Below the pieces are notes generated by a model. It worked only from the letters and a program-made list of their open reading frames with translations, made no database searches and had not been told where the DNA came from. Below, piece by piece: positions 10,753 through 23,366 of a DNA stretch of 64,000 nt; the stretch's first letter is position 1, and every line of letters starts with the position of its first letter. The position numbers were made by a program, and so were the translations under genes. Location of the stretch: positions 39,558,001 to 39,622,000 of the forward strand of contig NC_045696.1 of assembly GCF_009834535.1 (NCBI RefSeq). The letters are read 5' to 3'. The DNA comes from Camelus ferus. Its lineage: Eukaryota.

Positions 10753-13700
10753 ATGGCGATAAGTACATAATTTTCTATAATTACTATAAATGTAAATGGA
10801 CTAAATGCACCAATCGAAAGACATTAAGTGGATGAATGGACACAAAAACAAGACCCATGTATATGCTACCTACAAGAGAGTCACTTCGAATCTAAAGACA
10901 TACACAGACTGGGGGAAGTGAGGAAAAAGATATTCTATCCAAATGAAAACAAACAAACAAAGCTGGAGTAGCAATACTTATTCAGACAAAATAGACTTTA
11001 AAACAAAGATTGTCACAAGAGACAAAGAAGGACATCACATAATGATCAAAGGATCAATACAGGAAGAAGATATAACAATGGTAAATATATATGCATCCAA
11101 CATAGGAGCACCTATATACATAAGGGGAGAAATGGACAGTAACACAATAGTAATAGGGGACCTTAACACCCTACTTACATCAATGGGCAACTCATCCAGA
11201 TGGAAAATCATTAAGGCAACACTGGCCTTAAATGACATAGTAGACCAGATGAACTTAATAGTTTTATATAGAATGTTCCATCCAAAAGCAGCACAATACC
11301 CATTCTTTTCAAGTGCACGTGGAACATTCTCCAGGATAGATCACATGCTAGGCCACAATAAAAGCCTTAGTAAACGTAAGAAAACCGAAGTCACATCAAG
11401 CATCTTTTCTGGCTACCTTGCTATGAGACTAGAAATCAACTACAAGAAAAAAACTGCAAAAAGCACAAACATGATTAGGCTAAATAATAAGCATAAATAA
11501 CAATAAAAATATGACCAGTAAAAATAAACTGAACAGCGAATAGCTCACTGAATAAATCAGAGAAATTAAAATATACTTGGAAAAAATAATAATGAAAATA
11601 CAATGACCCAAAATCTATGGGACACAGCAAAAGAAATTCTAAAGGAAAAGTTTATAGCAATCCAAGACTAGCTCAAGAAACAAAAAAAATCTCAAATAAA
11701 CAACCTAACCTGAAGGAACTAAAAAAGAACAGACAAAACACAAAGTTAGTAGACAGAAAGGAATCATAATGATCAGAGCAGAAATAAATGAAAGAGACTA
11801 AAAAAAATAGAAACGATTAATGAAACTAAAACTGGTTCTTTGAAAAGATAAACAAAGTTGATGAACCTTTAGCCAGACTCATCAAGAAAAAAAGAGGGCC
11901 CAAATACATAAAATCAGAAGTGAAAAAGGAGAACTTACAACCAATACCACAGAAATACAAAAATTAAAAGAGATTACTAAAAACAACTATATGCCAATTT
12001 AAAATGGACAACCTAGAAGAAGTGGACAAATTCCTAGAAATGTAAAATCTCCCAAACTGAACCAGGAAGAAATAGAATGTATGAAGCCAATCTTCTGGAT
12101 CAATTACCAATAATGAAATTGAATCAGTAATAAAATAACTCCCAACAAACAAAAGTCCAGGACCACATGGCTTCACAAGTGAATTTACCAAACATGTAGA
12201 GACAAGTTTACCCATATCCTCCTCAAACTATTCCAAAAAATTGCAGAAGTAATACTTCTGACTCATTCTATGAGGCCAGCATCACCCAGATGCCAAAACT
12301 AGACAAAGATATCACAAGATATTAAAGAAAATTATAGGCAAATATCACTGATGAATGTAGATGCAAAAATCCTCAACCAAATATTAGCAAACTGAATTCA
12401 ACAATACATTAAAGGATCATATGCTATCATAATCAAGTGGGATTTATCCCAGGGATGTAAGGATGCTTTAATATTCCCACATCAGTCAATGTGGTACACC
12501 ATATTAACAAATTGCAGAATAAAAACCATATGATCATCTAAATAGATGCAGAAAAAGCTTTTGACAGAATTCAGCATCCATTTATGAAAAATACTCTCAA
12601 CAAAGTGTGTGTAGAGGGAACTTGCCTCAACATAATGAAGGCCATATATGACAAGCCCCTAGCTAACATCATACTCAATGGTGAAAAGCTGGAAGCATTT
12701 CCTCAAAGATTGGGAGCAAGACAAGGACGCCATTTCTCACCACTTTTATTCGACATAGTATTGAAAGTCCTAGCCACAGCACTCAGACAACAAAAAGAAA
12801 TAAAAGGAATACAAATTGGAAAGAGAAAATAAAACTGTCACTGTGTGCAGATGACATGATTCTACACTTAGAAAATTCTAAAGACACCACCAAAAAACTA
12901 CTATTCATCAGTGAATTCAGTAAAGTTGCAGGATGCAAAATTAATATACAGAAATCTGTTGCATTTTTACACTAAGAATGAACTATCAGAAAGAGAAATT
13001 AAGAATGCAATGCCATTTACCATCTCATCAAAAAGAATAAAGTATCTGGGGATAAATCTAGCTAAGGAAGTAAAAGACCTGTATTCAGAAAACTACAAGA
13101 TGCTGATGAAAGAAATTGAAGATGACACGAACTGATGAAAAGATACACTGTGCTCATGGAGTCGAAGAATTAGTATTGTTAAAATGACCATACTATCCAA
13201 GTCAGTGCAGAGATTCAATGCAATCCCTATCAAAATACCAAGGCATTATTCAAAGACCTCGAACAAATAATTCTAAAATGTGTATGTAAACACAAAAGAC
13301 CCCAAATAGCCAAAACAATCTTGAGAAAGAACAAAGCTGGAGGTATCATGTTTCCCGATTTCAAACTATACTACAAAGGAATAGTTATGAAAGCAGCATA
13401 GTACTGGTACAAAAACCAGACACTTCGATCAATGGAACAGAATTGAGAGCCCATAGGTGAACCCGCACTTATATGGACAATTAATCAATGATAAAGGAGG
13501 TAAGAATATACAATGAAAAGACAGCCTCTTCAATAAGTGGTACTGGGTAAACTGGACAGCTGCTACATGCAAAAGAATCAAACTGCACTGCTCTTTCATA
13601 CCATGCACAAAAACAAATTCAAAATGGAATAAAGATTTAAATGTAGGACCTGAAACCCTAAAACTTCTAGTGGAAAACATAGGCAGTATGCTCTTGGACA

Positions 13701-14463
13701 TTGATCTTAGCAATATTTTTTTGGTTGTGTCTCCTCAGGCAAGGGGAAGGAAAGCAAAAACAAATAAATGGGACTACATTAAACTAAAAAGATCTTACAC
13801 AGCAAAGGAAACTATCAACAACAACAAAAAACAAATAACATGATTCAAAAATGGGCAGAGGATCTGAATAGACATTTTTCCAAAGAAAACATACAGATGA
13901 CCAACAGGCACATGAAAAGATGCTCAACATCACTAATCATTAGGGAAATGTAAATCAAAACTACTATGAGGTATCGCTTCACACATGTTAGAATGGCTAT
14001 TATCAAAGAGACAACGAACAAGTGTAGGTGAGAATGTGGAGAAAATAGAACCCTCATGCACATTGGTGGGAATGTAAATTGGTTTATTTCCACTATGGAA
14101 AACAGTTTGGAGATTCTTCAAAATATTAAAAATAGAACTGCCATATGACCTAGCAATTCCACTCCTGGGTATTTATCCAAAGAAAACAAAAACATTAATT
14201 AGAAAAGGTATATGTGCCCCTATGTTCGTTGTAGCATTATTTACAGTAACTGAGATATGCAACCCAAGTGCCCATTGACAAATGAATGGATAAAGAAAAT
14301 GTGGTATGTATATATACAACAGAGTATTATTCAACCATAAAGAAAGAATGAAATCTTGCCATTTATAACAACATGGATGGGCCTAGAGGATATTATACTA
14401 CAAGAAATAAGTCAGACAAATAATGACAAATTCTGTATGACTTCACTTGTATGTGGAATCTAA
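10753..14463 (+). pseudogene. L1 ORF2p remnant (APE endonuclease + reverse transcriptase), inactive
   Basis: EN motifs IVIGDLNT and FSRIDHMLG (ORF 10943-11500); RT motifs GARQG..SPLLF (12584-12832), LCADDMI at 12841-12861 (FADD-type catalytic site) and KYLGINL; many stops. Confidence 0.93.
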
Positions 14464-15599
14464 AAAAAAAAAAAACAAATGAACAAACATAACAAAATAG
14501 AAGCAGAGTAATAGATTCAGAGAAGAAATAGGTGGCTGCCAGAGGGGAAGGGGGTGGGGGAAGTAAAGAAATAGGTGAGAAAGATTAAGAGGTACAAATT
14601 TCCAGTTGCAAAACACATGAGTCACAGGTATGAAATGTACAGTGTGGGGCATACAGTCAATAATTATGTAATAACTTCGTATGATGACAGATGGGAACTA
14701 GACATTGTTGGTAGTGATTGTTTTGAAATGTATAGAGTTATTGAATCAGTATGTTATGTAACAGGAACTAACATAGTGTTATAGGCAATTATACTTAAGC
14801 AATCAAACAAACTCATAGGAAAAAGGTCAGATTTGTGGCTACCAGAGGCAGGGGAAATTGGATAAAGGCAGTCAAGAGGTAAAAACTTCTAGCTATAAAT
14901 AAGTACTAAGGATGTAATGTACAACATGATCAATACAATTAACATTGCTGTATGTTATATATGAAAGTTAAGAGAGTAAATCCTAAAACTTTTTATCACA
15001 AAGGAGAATTATTTTTTCTATTGATTTAATTTTGTATTTATATGAGTTGACAGATGCTCACTAAACTGGTGATAGTAATTTCATGATGTATGTAAATGTG
15101 ATCATATTGCTGTACACCTTAAACTCATACAGTACTATATGTTAATCATATCTCAATAAAACTGGAAAAAAATTAAAGAAGACATGATAGGTGATTACAC
15201 TGAACAAAAAACCCCAAAGTAGCCATCTATAAATGCCAATATAGTGAATGCTATTCATCTTTACTATTTTGTAATAATTTTGTTTAACATATGCCATAGC
15301 CAACACTTTGGTCAAAACTGAGATAACATTTTACTGATTTGCTTGGTAGCAATCAGAGTGGTGACACACAAAGTATCTTGAAGGATCACAAGGGTGTGGA
15401 GGGAAGAGAGGAAATAATTACTCAATAGCTCTTGGAAGCCATCCTTCAATTAAGGTCAAATCACACCAATAAATTACAATGTTAAGATTGAATTACTTAC
15501 TGTTTAAGATACTTTTCCCCAATTTAAAGATTTGGAAATCTTCAAAAGTGGAAAACTTGAGGAAAAAATTTTAATTGCATTTTTAAATAGCTAGATTTT

Positions 15600-16110
15600 T
15601 CAGATCACTTAGTGTGTATTCAGCTTCAAACAACAGGATACACTTCCAAAAGTGGCTTAAAAAAACAGTGGTTTCTTGGAGGGTAAGGGTATAGCTCAGT
15701 GGCAGAGCACATGCTTAGCATGCATGAGGTCCTGGGTTCAATACCTCCATTAAAAAAAAGTTCAAAAAAAGATAAGATGAAAACAGGAGTTTCCTACTTT
15801 ACATCCAAGAAGTCTGGAGGAAGATGTTTCCAGGTTTCTCAGAGAAGCTCAACAATTGCTTCAGGTGGCAAGACTCTCCCGCCACCATCCTTGGTCATTG
15901 GCTCAGTACTCTCATGCTTGCACAATGGCTGCCCCTGTTTGAGGCGTTGTAAGTAAGTATGACAATATTTGGACCCCTAAAATGGATGTTTCTCCAAATG
16001 TCTTTTTTTTTTTTTTAACAGAAGAAATCCTTTCCCAGACTTTTTATTTTCCACTGGCCAGAATTGAATCTGCTACTGGTTCCCCAGCTGCAAGGAGGAG
16101 CACCTGCCAT
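15600..16110 (-). mobile_element. Old MaLR LTR fragment (MLT1J/K-like), interrupted by a SINE
   Basis: agtggcttaa...aagaagtctggagg...ttccactggccagaattg pattern. Confidence 0.5.
15678..15779 (+). mobile_element. Camelid tRNA-derived SINE (vic-1-like)
   Basis: A box tagctcagtgg, B box ggttcaatac, body cacatgcttagcatgcatgaggtcctggg, A-rich tail, TSD aaaacagtggtttctt / aaaacaggagtttcct. Confidence 0.88.
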
Positions 16111-16449
16111 TTCCAACCTACATCATAGGAGCCATGCTCTGCTAACAAGCAAAAGGCAGTACGTTGCCAACACACTCACTTTTACATATTGGTATGTGTC
16201 CTTGCAAACATTTCTCTCTTGCGGAGGCTTTATCTACTTTGTTTAAGTCATTCTGCACATCAGGTTTTGTAACCTGCCTTTATACTTCATATTGTACCAT
16301 AAGCATTTGTTCCATAGTAATAGTCTTCAGAAATTTTGTTTTAAATGGTGACATAATATTTCATGCCAAAAACCACCTCCTAATTTACCTAATTTATAAT
16401 AAGCAGTATTCTTATTTTCAGAAAACGTAGTGGGTAATAAGCACTGTAT

Positions 16450-16630
16450 ATCAGAGGCTTTCCACAAGCACCTCTAATACTTAAGACAATCCTGCAAGGT
16501 AGCTATTATCATTCCAATGTTACAAAAGAGGAAACTGAGAATCAGGGAGTCTAAAACTTACCAGGATATTCCTGCTGGTAGATTGCAGAACAGGGAATTT
16601 GAACTCAGGCTCATCTGATTCCCAAACCAG
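16450..16630 (+). mobile_element. MIR SINE
   Basis: acaatcctgcaaggtagctattatcattcca...gaggaaactgag...gaatttgaactcagg. Confidence 0.7.
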
Positions 16631-18374
16631 CAAACATAGTATTTATTCAACATTGTTGTGGGGGAAAAGAAATGAAAACCCAAGTGAATGCCAATTCATA
16701 AATATAAATTAGTTAAGTTTATTATTGAGCAGAACCAAGTAAACAAAACAAACCCCTGAATTCATGCAAGATAGCAAGTGACTATGGATATTCAGCTCTA
16801 TGTAAGTGGAACTGAAGTGCAGTTCATCATCTTGCTTTTAGTAAAGCATCAGCAGTTATTCAATTTGCATCAGGAGTTATATCGAGCTGACTCTAACATC
16901 TTGTTTTTCATAATTCTTGATCAGGCTTGATCTGACACTGTGTTCTTCATAATTCCTTATCAATACTTCCTTCAGTTACTCTAACAGTTCACCTAGCACA
17001 TACAGTTAGTCACTCTTCAGCAGCCCTCAGTGAAGTTAAAGTTCAGTTTCTCATAGCATCAACGATAAAAACTCCTAATTTAACTCTTCATGTAGCAAAA
17101 TAAATTCCCTGAGCCAATGGAAAATTCTGTGAACCTGATAGATACATACATACATACAATAAGATTAATAAGTAAATCTTATAAATCTATATATATGGGC
17201 ACCTCCTACAATAGGCTTGGTCCATATCTTCAAAGAAGTGACAGTCTTTTTGTTCTGAAGACATTACATGCAGCATCTGTAGGTGTCAGCAGTTAAAGGG
17301 AATACATAAATAAAGGAAAAATAAGAGAGAGGGAGAAAACAGGGAAACATTGAAGAAAGAAATGTATATATAGGGCAATGGATGGGAAACGTGGACAGTG
17401 CTTAATTACTGTCAATTCTGCTATGACAGAATACTTTTTAGAGCAGACTGGAAAACAGCACAGGGCAAATGCTTCTGGCCTCTCAATGGGACTAGCAGAG
17501 ACTAAGCCAAGTTCAGTTGCTGTCATGTCACTGATTGCATCAGTACAGTCTACCTTCTCTGAGGACACACCCTCCTCCCCTCCGGTCCAGGGACTTGGGC
17601 TCTTGATTACAACAAACTCCCTGTCCAGTTTCAGGCACTTTGTGCAGTCTAACTTACTTTCTGACCCTCTTCCAGGACATGCACCAAAGGGCTTTCCCAA
17701 ATACCACCTCCTTTCAGTGTTCAGTTCCACCTTGCTTCCCTGCCCCATATGTCATTTCTGCCTTTGGAGTGGGTGGTTCCAGGGGAAAGGCGACATAAAC
17801 AAGTTTCCTCTGGACCCCATACAGCAGAGCCAAGTAGGAAACGATACTGGCAGGTTTCCCTGGGAGGCCAGACACTTACTGACTGTCTGGCAGATGGGAA
17901 ATCAGTTCTGCAGAGAACAGGGAAGACTCACAGATCCTCCCGGTCACCTGCTTTGCCCTCTGCCCTAGTTCCCAGGGCTGCTCTAGGGTCAGCGAACCAG
18001 AAACTTCCCCTCAGTCTGTCTGGCCTGACCAAGATAATTTGTTGGATTAGGCTTCGTGGTGGTTCTTCGCCTCATCCTAATCCAGGCCTTTGAAAGGGAG
18101 TGGGAAATTTATAGAATTGCTGTAGTTTGATTTTTGTGACTAACCAAGAAAGAAGTGTTGGTTTTATCTTTTCTCCATTCTAGATTACCAATATTTTCAC
18201 TTAGTACCTTGTTAATAATCTAATACTTCAGGTTTGGAGTTTATTTGAGACAGGAAATGATGATGAGTAAATGAATATGTGAAAACTAAATCTTATCATA
18301 TGGAAATAGATAGATATTAGATTAATAAGTAAATTTTATAAATTTATAGAAAGGATAGACTTTGGATAAATACA

Positions 18375-18560
18375 GAGCTGGTTTTCATTATGGCTCCCAC
18401 ATGTCCTGGCAGAGTGACCTAGGACAAGTTGGCTAACTTCTTCAAATGTCACTCAGTTGCTTCATCACTGAAATGAGGGTGATGATTTCTACCTCAGAGG
18501 GATGTGAAGAATGATGAGAGAGGCTGTCTATCAAGTGTCAGACATAGACTGATTGAATAG
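18375..18560 (-). mobile_element. MIR SINE
   Basis: gtgacctaggacaagtt...ctcagttgcttcatcactgaaatgaggg...tacctcagaggg. Confidence 0.6.
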
Positions 18561-19057
18561 AAATACTAGTTCACTTTCCTCTCTCTGTAACCCATCAGCC
18601 TGAGAGAACATAGTTGTTGTTGGTTTTTTTTTTTTTTTTGAGTTTTTGAAATAATCAACAAATGCACTGAAGTATTAAAGCATTATCATGACCTCAAAGA
18701 GTTTATAATCTAGTTGGAGATATTAATGTTAAGTCACATGGAACAATAGAGAACATTACAAGCTCACAATTTAATTAAGTAATCTATTACATAATTCCGG
18801 TTATTGAATTACAGTTGATAAATAAAAATGGACTAGGGTTTTCTGTCAGATAGCCCTTCTCTCTTCCACAATCTTCTAGGTATTCTGGGGAGTAAGAAAT
18901 AGGTCTGGGTTGAGGTTAATTATTTTAAAGTATTAATTTATATTTTTCTGTATAAAAATTGACTGACAGATGTACTTGATGACACTTTTAGGGGTGCTCC
19001 AAAGTCCTACTAATCCTCTGAGGAGAAGCCCAAACTCTCTTTCAAAAACAAACAAAT

Positions 19058-19195
19058 AGGGAGGGTCTAGCTCAGTGGTAGAGGGCATGCTTAATGTGCT
19101 TGAGGTCCTGGGTTCAATCTCCAGAGCCTCTGTTTAAAAAAAAAATATATATATAAATAAACCTAATTACCCACCTTAAAAAAAAAGGTTTAAAA
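19058..19195 (+). mobile_element. Camelid tRNA-derived SINE (vic-1-like)
   Basis: ggggagggtctagctcagtggtagag...gaggtcctgggttcaatctccag, tail aaataaacctaattacc. Confidence 0.88.
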
Positions 19196-19829
19196 AAATC
19201 TTCTTAAGATTTTATGTTTGAATTAACCTCTCCTTCAAACTCTCTTATAAATCCCTAACACTTTGCTCCCACTTTATACCTATCATAATTATTATTACTG
19301 TATTTTATACAGGCAAATTTTCCCATGCTTATTCACATTCAATAAAAGAGTCCATCAAAAATTTATGAAATAAGAATTCTCAAGCTCCCTCCTACTCCCA
19401 CTCACCAAAGAAGCAGACACTCTTCCAAATACCAAGAATAACAAAAACATGCAAGTTCCCTTTTGAAACTCCTCATGGAATCGAAACTCCATGGGGGAAC
19501 ATCGAACCTGTTGGACTTTTCATCTTTGTGTCTTACTTTAGAAGCATTTGAGAAACGTATGCATCTTTTTAAGTATTTTCAAATGACTCATGAGTCATGT
19601 TCCTTCCTGTCCATCTACTACAACTCCGGGAAGTTATTTACCATCTCTAGAAACTATTCTTCCATGTGTCTCTGGCCACTTCTTTTGCCACATGCTGAGG
19701 AACTAGGATGCGTTTCCTCCCAGGAATCAGACAAAGCAGTAAGTGTGGCAGAAAGACAGAAAGTACCATCTGGATAAGAACCAAGTAAGCTCAGTCCAAA
19801 TTAAAGAGGAGAGTTGTCCTCTGTCCACT

Positions 19830-19980
19830 CTGTGCCAGACACTGCTCAAAGGATCTTATATATTAACTCATTTAATCCTCACAACAACCCTGTGAGGCAG
19901 ATATGAATGTCTTCATTTTGTAGATGAGAAAAGTAGGGTGAGAGAGATGAAGTCGCTTATCCAAGGTCAAAGAACTAGTA
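19830..19980 (+). mobile_element. MIR SINE
   Basis: tgtgccagacactg...ctcatttaatcctcacaacaaccctgtgagg...ccaaggtca. Confidence 0.8.
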
Positions 19981-20004
19981 AAGAAAAATACAAAGTAAAT
20001 TAAG

Positions 20005-20365
20005 ATTTCTTTATTTTAAGAAATTGACTCACATGATTATGAAGGCTGGCAAGTCCGAAATCTGTAGAGTGGGCCCAGCAGGCTCAAGAGCAAGAAAAGA
20101 ACCCATGCCACAGTCCAAGTCGAAGGCCAGCTGCTGGCAGAATCCCCTCCTGCCCTGGCGAGGTCAGGCTTGTTCTTCTCAGGCCTTTAGCTGCGTGAAT
20201 GAGGCCCACTCACACTATGGAGGGCAATCTGCCTTACTCAGAGTCAGCCAGTTTAAATGTTAATCTCACTGAACACAGCCTCACAGAAGCATCCAGAATA
20301 GTGTTTGACTTCATTGACATATCTGGGCACCATAGCCTAGCCAAGTTGACACAAAATGGCACAAA
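20005..20365 (-). mobile_element. ERVL LTR fragment (MLT2-like)
   Basis: aattgactcacatgattatgaaggctggcaagtccgaaatctg...gcctagccaagttgacaca. Confidence 0.8.
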
Positions 20366-20782
20366 ATATATATATATTTACAAACTTTTTCCTAAAAGAT
20401 GGAAGATATTCTTGGGGATCATGAGTAGGAACATTTGAAAGCACTGTTCAAGAGCTAAAAATACACAAAGCATTGAGCCAAATTCTGTGTTGACCAACCA
20501 TTAGACATAACTGAACATTAGGTTGCATAAATAAATCTTGACTATTAACCTTTTTTGAAATTGGCCTCTTTCTCCTAAAACCTGAGGGCAAACAAAAATC
20601 AGATTTTTCAAGATTTTCAAGAAAAATGATGCATTTCTGCATATAAATACTCTAGCTACCTGAAAGAACGAGGAGCAGTTCTACATTTACCAAAGCCTGA
20701 ACTGGAAATAGGGCAGACTGGACAAAGCATTCAGACTTCTTTGTTTTCCAAAGGAGGAATGACAAGAACCCCCTCCCTCCAC

Positions 20783-20783
<1 letters not shown>

Positions 20784-20815
<32 letters not shown>
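20784..20815. repeat. (AC)16 microsatellite
   Basis: Direct reading. Confidence 0.95.
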
Positions 20816-20819
<4 letters not shown>

Positions 20820-22294
20820 TTATACACATAAATTATGTATAAGTGATTTAAAATTAAATTTAAACAAATTAAATTAAAGTGATGTAATTTCTTCCAGAAT
20901 GTTGTGGGTAGCCCTGGTGATGAGAAATTATCTAAAGCACTGGTGTAAACACTATTCAGAGGGGATATACCAGACAATCCATTAGGATGCAGGTAGAAAA
21001 TACTGGAATATATTAATTCTCTTATGAGAATGAGTATATTATGTATGAATAGTTTTAGTTTAAAATAAAATGTAAAACAAATATTCATATTGACACTTGC
21101 CCTGGTGATTGTCTACCAATCACTTGTCACATATCGTATGAAAGAGGGCCTTGGGGATGAGTGGAAGGTATACAATGTCATAGGGTTGACAATGGTACCC
21201 TTCCTCATTGGTTTTTTATATGTCATAGATTACATGTGCCTGGTGAAATGGATTTACAAATTCTAGTCTGATTTCAACCTAACTAACCCTCACAAAATGA
21301 ACAGGTGACTAAAAATCATCTTCTAGCAACTGATTGAATATGCTAATGATACATGCACAAATGAACAATGAGAAAACTGCAGAGCTGACACTTCTATTCC
21401 TAGCACAAACTCGTCAGACTCATTATCAAAAATATTACTGAAATATCAATTTGTATGCATTAATGTTTTGTATGGTTAATATACGAAATACAGATTACTA
21501 TTTTTAAAATATCCCATCATATCAAGAGATTGTAAAAGTGACCACAAATTGTATCCATCCTGTATGCATGCCCTTTGCAATGTAACTTTGCAGTTGCTCC
21601 CATGATGAGCTAAATTCTTTTCTTCCATCCCTCAAATCTGGACTTGACCATGTGGATAAAGGGATGGTAGAAACACTTACACAAGCAGAGAGCTGAAAAG
21701 TAGTTGTACACTGGGGCTTGCTCCCTTGCTGCTCTTGGGAATCCTGGAGCCACTATATATAAATAAGCCTAAATTAGCCTGCTGGGTGATGACGTGTGGC
21801 CCAGTATGAGAGCCAGCTAACTGCCATGTATATGAGTGAGGCCGCTGACTGCCAGCTGACCAGGAAAACATGAGTAAGAACCCCTGAGATCAGCAGAAGA
21901 ACTTTGCAGCTAATCTGGTGCAAAGTGCTAACCACAGGATCAGGAGCTGATAAATAAATGATTATTGTTTGGGGCAACTAAGTTTTGGAGTGGTTAGTTA
22001 CACAGTAAAGACTAACTGATATGAAAATTAGTACCTAGAAGTGGATTTCTGTAGTAACAAAAACCTAAAACATGTGGCCTGGGGTTTCTGAATTGGGCAG
22101 AGACTGAAAGAACATTAAGAACTCAGTAGCAAAAACTAGGAAAAGGGCAAGCAAACTACTAGTGGTAACTGGAAAAACTGAGGAAATGGCTATAGCTGGT
22201 CAGAAAAATGGCAACATGCATCATTTTGTTAAAAACTATTGGCATAATGGTTGCCTACAGGAACCTGGAAGATTTTTTCTTTTTGGAAGATTTT

Positions 22295-22520
22295 TAAAAA
22301 GATTTATTGAAGGGTAGTTGATTTACAATGTTAGTTTCAGCTGTACAGGAAAGTGATTCCGTTATACATATACATTGTTTTATTCAGATTCTTTTCTATT
22401 ATATGTTATCACAAAAAACTGAATATGGTTCCCTGTACTATACAGTAGGTCCTTGTTGTTCATCTATTTTATATATAGTAACATGTGTCTGTAAAGGGCA
22501 GAGAGGGATAAATTAGGGGT
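22295..22520 (-). mobile_element. Short L1 3' insertion with an inverted 5' segment
   Basis: TSD tggaagatttt at 22284 and 22521; antisense L1 tail followed by sense-oriented gagggataaattagggg. Confidence 0.75.
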
Positions 22521-22689
22521 TGGAAGATTTTTTTTTAAAATACATATTGCTAATGAATTTATGGGCCTTGCAAAATGATTTCTGGACCAAACTAAATTGG
22601 TTTCATTTAGTTGCTGAGGAAGAAAGAAAAGAGCTGAAGAAAAAAATTAGAAGGAATATACAGGAAATAGAACTGTTTTTCATCCCTAA

Positions 22690-22694
<5 letters not shown>

Positions 22695-22724
<30 letters not shown>

Positions 22725-23366
22725 TTTTTGGCTTTTAATTTATTTATTGAGGTGTAGTCAGTTTACAATGTTGTGTCAATTTCTGGTGTACAGCATAATT
22801 CTTCAGTCATACATGAATATACTATATTCATTTTCTTATTCTTTTTTACCATGAGCTACTACAATTGAATATATTTCCCTGTGCTATACAGTATAAACTT
22901 GTTTATCTATTTTATATATACCAGTCAGTATCTGCAAATCTCAAACTCTCAGTTTATCCCTTCCCACCCCCCTCCCCTCTGGCAACCACAAGTCTGTGTA
23001 TTCTATGTCTGTGAGTCAGTTCCTGTTTTATATATAAGTTCATTTATCTTTTTTTTTTTAGATTCCACATATGAGTGAAGTCATATGGTATTTTTCTTTC
23101 TCTTTCTGGCTTACTTCACTTAGAGTGACATTCTCCAGGACCATCCATGTTGCTGCAAATGGCATTATGTTGTCATTTTTATGGCTGAGTAGTATTCCAT
23201 TGTATAAATGTACCACAGCTTCTTTATCCAGTCATCTGTCAATGGACATTTAGGTTGTTTCCATGTCTTGACTATTGTAAATAGTGATGCTATGAATGTT
23301 GGGGTGCAGGTGTCTTTTTGAATTAGGGTTCCCTCTGGATATATGCCCAGGAGTGGGATTGCTGGA
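22695..23366 (-). mobile_element. Young (camelid-type) L1 3' fragment with a (CT)n/T tail
   Basis: TSD cctaatctct at 22685-22694 and 23367-23376; near-identical to 2021-2567. Confidence 0.9.

Larger units (their letters stand above)
8280..15172 (+). mobile_element. Near-full-length decayed LINE-1 (L1MA9-related laurasiatherian type)
   Basis: 5'UTR start (caaggtggtggagtaggaagaccttgagttcacctcctccc), ORF1, ORF2, 3'UTR ending ctcaataaaactggaaaaaaa; degenerate TSD aaattacaggagacaaga (8262-8279) / aaattaaagaagacatga (15170-15187), 15/18 identical. Confidence 0.95.

Noticed and set aside
17293..18093. 196-aa and 151-aa overlapping ORFs
   Set aside because: No recognisable homology or domain, no supporting exon structure, and both strands are open; consistent with chance.
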